Shown: piece after piece, positions 54,205-64,000 of the stretch
How the letters are laid out: every line of letters starts with the position of its first letter
How positions within the stretch are numbered: position 1 is the first letter of the stretch
Source: Camelus ferus
Taxonomy: Eukaryota
Assembly (NCBI RefSeq): GCF_009834535.1
Contig: NC_045697.1
Location: forward strand, 52,702,001 to 52,766,000
Direction: 5' to 3'
Length of the DNA stretch: 64,000 nucleotides
Program-made: the position numbers and the translations under genes
Notes under the pieces: model-generated
What the model was told of the DNA's origin: nothing
The model's input: only the letters and a program-made list of their open reading frames with translations
The model's database searches: none

Positions 54205-56730
54205 AAAGCCAATATGGGGAAAGACAGAGGAACTCTTCTAGATTGAAGGTACCAGAAGAGATAAGTCAAATAAATGTAGAACATACTCCTAGATAGGATC
54301 CTGGACCAGAAAGGAAAAACTGAGATGTTGCTGAGGCTGCTGATGAATGGTGAATGGTGTCTATGGACAGGAGGAAGTGATCCGGAGGGTTCATATTCTG
54401 GTTATGTCAAAGTGTATCCCTGTTTTTGGAAAATACAGCTGAAATATGTAGGAGTAAAGGGGCATAATGTATACAACTTGCTCAAAGGGTTCAGAAAAAA
54501 ATTAATGTTAATGAGTATACATTTAGAGGGAGTAGGTGATGAAGCAGGTACAGTAAATTATGTTTGTAACTGGGGAACCGGGGTGAAAGGGATATGGGAG
54601 TTCGTTGAGCTATTCTGGCAACTTTTCTGTACGCTTAAAACCATATGAACTTTCAAAGTTTGAAACAGTTTAAAAACAAGTCCTTTTCAAAAGAATTACC
54701 TTAGGAAATATTCAAATCATATTATTCTGAACATCAGTGATGATGGCAAAAAGTCAATTCTTTTTAAAAAGGACTGGATTCTGAGAAACATCTAAACTCA
54801 TTTGGAATCAATCTGTGGCATAAGGTTGATTACTCCAACTAGGTAATACTTTGTTCAACATGTGAACTGGTCAAAAAGTAAAGCAGGACTATTAAGTAAT
54901 AAAACTAAATCTCTTGGGTAGTTATTTGACTCTGACACTACAATTTAAATCTACCAAAAATATTATGAGCAATGAAAACATTAGTACAGTATGTGGTGAG
55001 CAATCAAAGTCACTACTTCTAATGGTAACACTCCTAGGCAACAGTAAGTTTGGGCAGTTTATTTTGTTGTTTTGTTTTAATATTTAAATCTTGGATATAA
55101 CTGCGGTGTGGGGGAGGGAAAATGTACTTTATAAAAAATCAGCACTAAAAATTAAAACTTATTTCCTTACAGGGGTCCCAGAAGGAAAAGAGACAGAAAA
55201 GGGGCAAAAGATTTATTAGAAGAAATATAGCTGAAAACCTCCCTAACCTGGGGAAGGAAACAGACATCCAGGTCCAGGAAGCACAGAGTTCCAAACAAGA
55301 TAAACCCAAAGAGGACCACACAGATGCATTATAATTAAATAGCAAAAATCAAAGATAAAGAAAGAATCCTAAAAGCAGCAAGAGAAAAGCAACTAGTTAC
55401 ATACAAGGGATCTCCCATAGGACTATCAGCCAAATTCTCAGCAGAAACTTTGGTGGCCAGAAGGGAGGAGCATGATATATTCAAAGTCATAAAAGAAAAG
55501 GCCTACAACCAAGAATACTTTACGTGGCAAGGTTTACCATTCAGATTTGAAGTAAAGATAAAGAGTTTCGCAGACAAGCAAAAGCTAAAAGAGTTCAGGA
55601 GCACTAAACTAGCTTTACAAGAAATGTTAAAAGGGTGTCTCTAAATGAAAAGGCAAAGGCCACAACTAGAAATGAAAATCAGGAAAGGGAAAATCTCATT
55701 GGTAAAGGTAAACATACAGTAAAGATAGCAAATCAACTACTTATAAAGATAACAGAAAGGTTGAAAGAAAAAAGGAGTAAAATCATCTACATCTACCATA
55801 AGTAGTTAAGGGATACACAAAACAAAAAGATATAAAATATGACATCAAAACCATTAAATGCTTAGGAGGCAAGGGAGTAAAAACATAGGGGTGGTTATAA
55901 TGCATTCAAACTCAAGAGATCATCAACTTAGAGTAATTATATATATATGATTGCAATATATGTTATATATCATATATATTATATATATAAATATATGGTT
56001 GTTATATATGAACCTCATGATAAGCAAAAATCAAAAATCTATAATAGATACACAAAAAAGAGAAAGGAATCCAAACATACACTAAAGATAGTCATCAAAA
56101 CACAAGGGAAGAGAGCAAAAGAAGAAAGGAGCAAAAAAGAAATACAAAAACAACCCAAAATCATGAACATGTCAATAAGTACACATATACTGATAATTAT
56201 TTTAAATGTAAGTGAACTAAATGCTCCAAAAAATAGACACAGAATGGCTAAACAGATACAGAAACAAGACCCATATATATACTGCCTACAAGAGACTCAC
56301 TTCAGATCTAAAGACACACACAGACTGACATTAAGGATACGGAAAAAGGTTTTCTGTGTAAATGGAATCAACAAGAAAGCTGGGGTAGCAATACTTTTAT
56401 CAGATAAAACATTTTTTAAAAATTACTGTAATAAGAGACAAAGAAGGACACAGTACATCATGATAAAGGGATCAATCCAACATGAAGATACCACATTATA
56501 AATATATATGCATCCACCACAGAAGCACCTAAATACATAAAGCAAATAATCACAGACATAAAGGGAGAAACTGAAAATAATACCTTAATAAGTGACAGTA
56601 ACATCCCATTTATATCAATGAACAGATCATTCAGACAGAAAATCAGTAAGGAAACACTGGCCTTAAATGACCAGAATATTAGACATCAAAAAACGAGCCA
56701 AACAAACATTTAAAAAAAAAAATTCTTGGC

Positions 56731-56856
56731 TTTTTTTTGAGGGGGAAAGTAGTTACTTATTCATTTATTTATTTTTTTAATGGAGGTACTGGGGCTTGAA
56801 CACAGGACCTCATGCGTGCTAAGAATGCACTCTACCACTAAGCTATACCCTCACCC
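56731..56856 (-). mobile_element. tRNA-derived SINE nested in L1 ORF2
   Basis: Reverse complement of the same SINE consensus (…GGAGGTACTGGGGCTTGAAC…CTCTACCACTAAGCTATACCC). Confidence 0.88.
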
Positions 56857-56870
56857 AAACAGTCTTTTTT

Positions 56871-57076
56871 TTTTTTTTTAACATTTTTTATTGATTTATA
56901 ATCATTTTACAATGTTGTGTCAAATTTCCAGTGTTCAGCACAATTTTTCAGTTATTCGTGGACATATACACACTCATTGTCACATTTTTTTCTCTGTGAG
57001 TTATCATAACATTTTGTGTATATTTCCCTGTGCTATACAGTGTAGTCTATTCTACAATTTTGAAATCCCAGTCTAT
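56871..57076 (-). mobile_element. Young 5'-truncated L1 3' end
   Basis: Poly(T) followed by AACATTTTTTATTGATTTATAATC...; TSD CCCAAACAGTCTTTTTT at 56854-56870 and 57077-57093. Confidence 0.85.
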
Positions 57077-57539
57077 CCCAAACAGTCTTTTTTGAGTGTA
57101 CATGGAACATTCTCCAGAATAGATCACATGCTAGGCCACAACAAAAATCTCAATGTATTTTAAAATACTGAAATCATATCAAGTATCATTTTCAACAAAA
57201 ATGGTGTAAGACCAGACATCAAATACTAGAGAAAAACTGCAAAAAACACTAATAGGTGGAATCTAAACAACATGCTACCCAATAAGCAATGGATCACTGA
57301 AGAAATCAAAGAGGAAATTAAAAAAATACCTGGAGATAAATGAAAACAAAAACGTAATGACCCAAAATATAAGGGATGAAGCAAAAGCAGTTCTCAGAGC
57401 AAAGTTTATAGCAATACAAGCCTATGTTAAGAAAATAAGAAAATCCTCAAATAATGTATGCTTACACTGAAAGTAACTAGAAAAATAGAACAAACAAAGA
57501 TAAAGTAAAAATGAGAAGTGATCATGAATCATGTCTTAC

Positions 57540-57633
57540 TTTGGGCCTGCTGACATCACCGGACAACTTTCTTCAGTACAAAAATCTGTGATTGTTCCAT
57601 ACAGCATGTTGATCTGATTGAAGAAATCTACAG
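57540..57633 (-). CDS. MOB1B: MOB kinase activator 1B, internal exon (94 nt; exon 3 in the usual numbering)
   Basis: CAG acceptor, GTAAG donor. Encodes (T)[30 protein letters not shown](K); DFCTEES is the MOB1B-type sequence. Not in the ORF track. Confidence 0.96.
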
Positions 57634-57814
57634 CTGCAAAGCAAATATACATAATAAATAAAAATTAAATTTTACTTTTACTCAAGCAGAATCTTTTATC
57701 CAAGCAGAATCTTAGATCAGTGTTCTTTCCTCAACAAAGAACAGGTGAAAAGCATACAAACAAATATTTGGCTCACAAAACTTAGGAGCTTCTGTTTATT
57801 AAGTGACTCCCTTA

Positions 57815-60800
57815 AGGGAGTAAAAAGGAAAGCACAGAGTGGGAGAAATTATTTGCAACACATATAATCAATAAAAATCTTGAATTCAGAATATATAAAA
57901 AACTAATATAGATAACTAAGAAAAAGGCAACCCAGTAAAAAATGTGACAGTTTTGAACTTACATGTCACAAAAGAAGTTTCCAGACGGTCAAAAAGCATA
58001 TGAAAAGATGTTGGCAATCATGGAACTGAAAATTTAAATGACAGTGGAATGCCATTCTATAGCCATCAAAAAAGCTAAAATTAAAGTGACAATGCAAAGA
58101 GCTAAGAATATCCAACGCATTCTTAAAAAAGGACAAGGTGCATACCAAAAATTATAAAGCACAATGAATAAAACAGTGTGGACTTAGTAGACCAATGGAA
58201 CAAAACTGAGAACAGAAACAGATGTAAACATAGAAGAAACACTTGATTTATAATAAAGCCGTCACTGCAGAACAATAGGCAAAGGACAGTCCTCTCATAA
58301 ATAGCTATGAATCTACTGGTTATCTCTACAGAAAATAAAACTTGACCCTTCACTCACAGCATACCCAAAAAGCAATTCCAAGTGGATCATACATCTAAAT
58401 GTGACAAGACAATAAAGTTTAAAAGCAGAGAAAAATATTTCCGTGAACTTTGGCATGGATATATTTCTTAAGAAAAGCACAAAAGCACCAATCATAAAGG
58501 AATAGTTTTTCAAATGTTTCACTGGAAAACTGTTATTCCTTGGTTTTTGATATTTTTGATGCTATTCATAATTTTTTATATTGACCTTAGAGCCAACAAG
58601 TTTATTAAAATTACCTATTGGTAATATTAATCATGGTGTAGTAATAACAATCTTAGGTCTTTTGGTTTTTCAACATTCATTCATATTGGCTATAATAAGC
58701 ATAAATGTTCTTTCTTCCTTTCCAGTCATCTTTTATTCTTTTTCCTGCCTTACTGCATTGGCTAAGATTCCAGTAGAGTGGTGGTTCCTTAACTTTTTCC
58801 TAATCTGAGGAAAAAAACTTCAACATTTCATTACCAAGTATAGTGTTAGCTATACCTTTTTTTGTAAATAGATATGCTTTATCAGAAGAAAGTTCTCAAC
58901 TATTAACTTGATAAGTTTTTAAATTATGAATTGATTTTGAGTTTTATCAAATGTTTTTCCTCCATATATTGAGATGATCATATGATTTTTTTTCCTTCCT
59001 GCCTTTATTTTGGTTAAGTGGTGAATTACAATTGATTTTTAAGTGTCAAGCCAACCTTTTCTTCCAGGAATAAGCTCAATTGGGTCATGGTATGTTATAC
59101 TTTTTAAGTATTGCTATATTCAAATTCCTAATATTTTTATTAGGGTTTTTACATCTAAGTTCGTAAGTTAGATGACCTAGTTTTCTTCCTTGTAATGTCC
59201 ATGTAAAGTTCGTAACACTAGTATTTTCTCCATTCTGCATAAGATCTTTAGTAAGACTGGGGTTCTTCTTTTTTTTTTTTTTTTTTTTTTTGGACATTGC
59301 TAAGATACTTCATTCTCTTTTTTTCATCAAAGTAAAGTTGATTTACAATATTGTATTAGTTTCAAGTATACAACACAGTGATTCAATACTTTTATAGCCT
59401 ATACTCTATTTAAAGTTATCATAAAGTACTGGCTGTATTCTGTGTGCCATACAATATATCTCTGTTGTTTATTTATTTACATAGAAGTTTATACCTCTTA
59501 ATCCCCTACTCCTATCTTGCCCCTTCCCCTACCCTCTCCCTACTTGTAACCACTAGTTTGTTCTCTATATCTGTGAGTCTTGTTTTGTTATATTCATTTA
59601 TTTTTTAGATTCCACATATAAGTGATACCACACAGTATCTGTCTTTCTGTATCTGACTTATTTCACTAAGCATAATACCCCTCAAGTCCATTCATGTTGT
59701 TGTAAATGGCAAAATTTTCATTCTTTATTATGCCTGAGCAATATTCCACTGCATTATCCATTCATCTGAAGGACACCTGGGTTGCTTCCATATCTTGACT
59801 ATTGTAAATAGTGCTGCTGTGAACACTGTGGTGCATGTATCTTTTCAAATCAGTGTTTTCATTTTTTCCAGATATATACCTGGGAGTGCAATTGCTGGAT
59901 CATATGGTAGTCCTATTTTTGTTTTTGAGGAGTCTCCATACTGTTTTCCATAGTAGCTGCACCAATGTACATTCCCACCAACAGTGTATTACAGTTCCCT
60001 TTCCTTCACATCCTCACTAATATTTATTATTTGTGATCTTTTAGATGATAGCCCTTCTGATGGGTATGAGGTAATATCTTGCTGTGATTTTGACTTGCAT
60101 TTCTTTGGTTAGCGATATTAAGCATCTTTTCATGTACCTGTTGGCCATGTTTATGTTTTCTTTGGGAAAACATCTATTCAGGTCCTCTGCACGTTTTTTA
60201 ATTAGGCTGTCTGTTTTCTTATTGGGTTGTACAAGCTGTCTATATATTTTGGATATTAACCTCATACCAGTCATATATCATTTGCAAATATTTACTTCAT
60301 ACATTAGGTTATCTTTTCATTTTGTTGATGGCTTCCTTTGCTATGCAAAAGCTTTTACATTTAATTACGTCCCATTTGTTTACTTTTGCTAATAAGATTG
60401 GTGTTAACTTCTACCTTAAGTGTTTGGTGGAAGTCTCTATTGTAGGAATGCTTTTAATTAGATCATAATTTTTAAAAATAGTTACCAGACTATTCAGATT
60501 TTTAAATTTTTGTGTCACCTTTGCTATGCTAAATTTTTCTTAGAATCTGCCTATTTCAATTAAGTTTTCAAATTTACTGGCATAAACATGAAACCAGTTC
60601 ATAATATTCTCTTATGACTTTTAATATTGTATAAGATCTCTAGTGATAATTATTTTTCATTCCTGAAATTGGTTACTTGTCCTTCCTCTCACTTTTTCTT
60701 GATCAGCCTTAGCAGGGTTATCAGTTTTATTAGATTCTTTTCAAGGAACTATCATTTTTTCTTTTGTTGATTTTCTCTATTATATATGTGTTTTCTATTT

Positions 60801-61830
60801 TATTAACTTTTGCTCTTATCTTTACCAGTACCTTAACTTTCTTTGCATTTGACTTACTGTTGTTCTAAATTCTGGAAAGCGATTATTGGATCTTTAATTT
60901 TTAATACTTTATCTCTTCTAATATATGTATGTAAAGCTCTAAACTTTCCTCTAACACAGTATTAGTCACATCCCACAAGTGTTCACACATAGCATTTTCA
61001 TTACCATATTTCAGTGAAAAATATTTTCTAATTTCCATTGAGATTATTGTTTCCAAACACATATAGATAGATTTCCCAGCTTTTGTCACTGTTTTCTGTC
61101 TAAATTCTATTATGGTCAAAGAACATACATTACACGATTTCAATCCTTTTAATTTTTAAAGACGTGCATGTATATAGTCTGAGGTGCTTAGGTCATGTGT
61201 CCCTCAGGTCAAGTCTGTTAATTATGTTGCTCAAATTTGTCTAATTCCTTAATAAAGTTTTTCCTCTATACTTTCTATCCATTGCTGAGAGAGGGATGCT
61301 TAAATCTCTCATTATGAGTGTGGATTTGTCTATTTCTTCTTTTAGTTCTGGAAACTGATTTTAATGTATTTTGGGGATCCAATTAAAGATACATTCAGAA
61401 CTTCATAAATTCTTTGTGAATTAAATCATTTTTCGTTTTTAAATCTTCCTTATTCATGTTTTTCTGCCTTCAAGCACACTTTATTTTACATTAACATGAC
61501 TACATCAGTTTTCTTTAGATTAGTGTTCACCTTTTTAGTTTCAACCTGTATCATCTATTTAAAGTATGCCTCTTAGAAACAGAATTTAGATTTGTTTTGT
61601 TTTTAACTATCTTAACATAATTGTCTTTTTATTGAAGCATTTTGTCCTTTACATTTAACACAATTACTAATTTTGGGATTTCAATTTACCATATTACTAT
61701 TCAGTATCTATTTATCCTATTATGTGATTCTTTTCCTTTTCTTTCTTATGTTCTTTAGGATTATTTTTACTGGTCTATTTTTCTCCTCCATTAGCTAGAT
61801 AATTATACATTCATTTACTATTATTTTAGT
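57815..61830. mobile_element. Mosaic of old degraded L1 sequence (plus ~57815-58500, minus ~58500-61830)
   Basis: Degenerate ORF2-like motifs on both strands; boundaries approximate. Confidence 0.65.
59269..60390 (-). mobile_element. L1 3' fragment inserted into an older minus-strand L1
   Basis: Reverse-strand ORF2 end and 3' UTR motifs with poly(T) at left; imperfect TSD TAAGACTGGGGTT / TAAGATTGGTGTT. Confidence 0.8.
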
Positions 61831-61842
61831 CCTACCATAGAT

Positions 61843-62059
61843 CAAGGGTTAGCAAATTATGACCAAAGGGCAAATCTGGCACATTACCTGTTTTAGTAAA
61901 TAGTTTTATTGGAATGCAACCCTACTTATTTGGATACATACTGTCTATGGCGGCTTTTGCACTATAGCAGTAGAGATGAATAGCAACAGAGTCCATGTGG
62001 CCAGTAAAGCCTAAAATGTTTACTATCCGGCCCTTAACAAAAAAATTTGTTAACTCTTG
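61843..62059 (+). mobile_element. MER58A-like hAT-Charlie element
   Basis: CAAGGGTTAGCAAA ... TTTGTTAACTCTTG termini; internal GTAAATAGTTTTATTGGAA and AAAGCCTAAAATGTTTACTATCCGGCCC. Confidence 0.75.
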
Positions 62060-64000
62060 TCCTAGAGTATAACAGAAGCATCCTTGATTTAACTAAGTCC
62101 AAACAAAAATAAATATTTTTAGCTCTTTCCAAACAACGTATGATCTTTAGATATGCCAGAAACCATGCTAGTTTCTAAGAATAAGGAACAAAACTGACTC
62201 AACTCGTGTCCTCATTGAGTTTACAGGCTAATAGGAAAATATCACTTGAGTTTTTTATAAAGGGAAGTATAAGTTGTGAAAGCAAACAGCTTTCCCTCAG
62301 TGTGCCCTTTCTGTTGGTATAAAACAATCAATAAGAACTTGGCACAAATTAACTTAACAAAACTACAAGGAGTGTTCCAAAACCACTGACATCTATCTAG
62401 CCAGACTCTAATACCCTATTGTCTATGCTCTCCTGGACAAAAATATATGTTTTTAAGTTTCTCAGGCAAAAAGGGACTATTTAACCATATGTTTAATAAC
62501 AAATACCACATATGGTGACTTGAGTTACACTTCTGTTCCTTCTTATTTATACAGTCCTATGCCTCTTTCCATCCCATTAATTACCCATAAACAGCACTCT
62601 GCTTTTTTAATTCAGACTTTCTAGAGCAGCAGAAGGAAAAAAATTTGACTTAAACGGAGTCAGAATTAATTACAGATGAAAGTAGAGCAGTAATAAGCAT
62701 TATACTAAATTTAATCCTACGAGTTTTCCTCTGCCCTCTTACCTCTCCATGGGCCTAGATTTACTCAGTAATGACTCTGCAACTTAATGATTCTTAAGTT
62801 GTCCTCCAGATGAATAGAGGAAAATCTATGGCTTTGAATCTCAACTTCTATACTAAATGGCTGAGTTACTTAAATTCCCTGAACCTCAGTTTCTTACCTT
62901 TAAGATTGGGTTTATTGCAGAGTGCTAAAAAAAAAAAAAAAAAAAAAAAGTGTCTACCATAAAGTAGGCATTTAGTAAATGTTAGTTTCCTTCCACAAAG
63001 AAATGGCGTCAAGATTCTGTGTCACATAAATTATTTATAAAGCATCCATCCAGCTTTTTCCAAAATCCTAAACCTTCTATCTTCTTTAAGCTGTCACTAT
63101 AGCAGCAGAATGTTCAAAACCAGGCTCTGGTTTCTGGCTGTGAGACTAGTTGTTGCATTTGTAAAATTTCCCACCTTCTACCACTTTATCTTCATCTGGT
63201 AAGTAAATTGAAGCCAGAAGGCCATTAAGATGCCAATCTTATCAACAAATTCCCTTTACTCTTTCAAGTACCTGAAACTGTCAGTGAACAGAAATATCTG
63301 TCTAGCATCAAATCCCACTCACTTCATCAAATGTCATTTGGGAAAATTACTATAAATTAGAAAAAAAATTGTAATCCAATATTTGAGTGAAATGTTATAT
63401 TTTAAAGGCAGAACTCTATGTTCTACAGGGAATGTTCTAACATTTCAGCTCAAAGTAATTTTCTTCTAGCTATAAATGCAAAATGCCCGTGAAACTTTAG
63501 AAGTTCCTGGAGCTCTAGGCATTTCAATAGTACAGATACTCAGTTCTGGTATTTGAGACAAAGAGAATACAGACAGAAAATGATGATCTGCTTTTATACT
63601 TAAAAGTCAGAATTTCAGGTAGTACAGAAGCTCTGTGATGCCTTCCTTAGATTTTTTAAATTAGAAAATGAGCTCTCAGATAAATGGTACAAATAGGCAC
63701 AAACAAGTACCCCCAAAAAGAATGTACACATATACTGGAAACTTACTCTGAATCTTGTCCTTGAGGGGTCATAGAACTATCTATATAGGTAAGATGAGCC
63801 TCATCAATAAAACAAACAAACCACTTTATCTCTTTAGTAACTAAACTCCCTAGGTCCAGGAGGATAACTATATTAAATAAATACTGCTCTTATGTAAATG
63901 CTGTCACATCGAAGTTTTAAGGCATTTCAGTAAAATCCTTTAGGTTCCTGAAAGTTACCAGTGGGTGGCAGCTCAATTTATAAATCCCATGATAGGTTTC

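Larger units (their letters stand above)
55155..57510 (+). mobile_element. L1 fragment: ORF1 C-terminal half, inter-ORF spacer, ORF2 endonuclease start; disrupted
   Basis: ORF1-like KQKLKEFRSTKLALQEMLKG; endonuclease-like IILNVSELNAP...YCLQETHF...KAGVAILLSDK; frameshifts and stops. Confidence 0.9.

Noticed and set aside
55947..56501. 184-aa ORF with endonuclease-like motifs
   Set aside because: Frameshifted L1 ORF2 remnant interrupted by later insertions; not a domesticated gene on present evidence.
57634..64000. Search for upstream MOB1B exons (N-terminal MSFLFGSRSSKTFKPKK... region)
   Set aside because: No matching exon seen; these exons must lie beyond the window end.

Overview
Mammalian genomic DNA, AT-rich and dense in repeats. 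The short tRNA-Ala-like SINEs suggest a camelid (Camelus/Vicugna); this is an inference. The minus strand carries two tandem genes. The complete DCK (deoxycytidine kinase) gene has 7 coding exons, 783 nt / 260 aa, all GT-AG introns, and a CpG-island promoter at ~35.9-36.8 kb. Upstream of it lie the last four coding exons and long 3' UTR of MOB1B; its first exons are beyond the window. The rest is introns and intergenic DNA with L1 fragments of several ages, lineage SINEs, a U6 retrocopy, solo LTRs, DNA transposon relics and MIRs. I found no new protein-coding or RNA system. The most unusual signals are retrotransposition footprints: an orphan polyadenylated LTR-like fragment with target-site duplication (TSD) inside the DCK 3' UTR, a 41-bp micro-L1 that adds an intronic AATAAA to DCK, a twin-priming L1 inversion, short 3' transduction-like tails and nested insertions. 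Repeat family names come from recalled consensus sequences and need RepeatMasker/Dfam confirmation.
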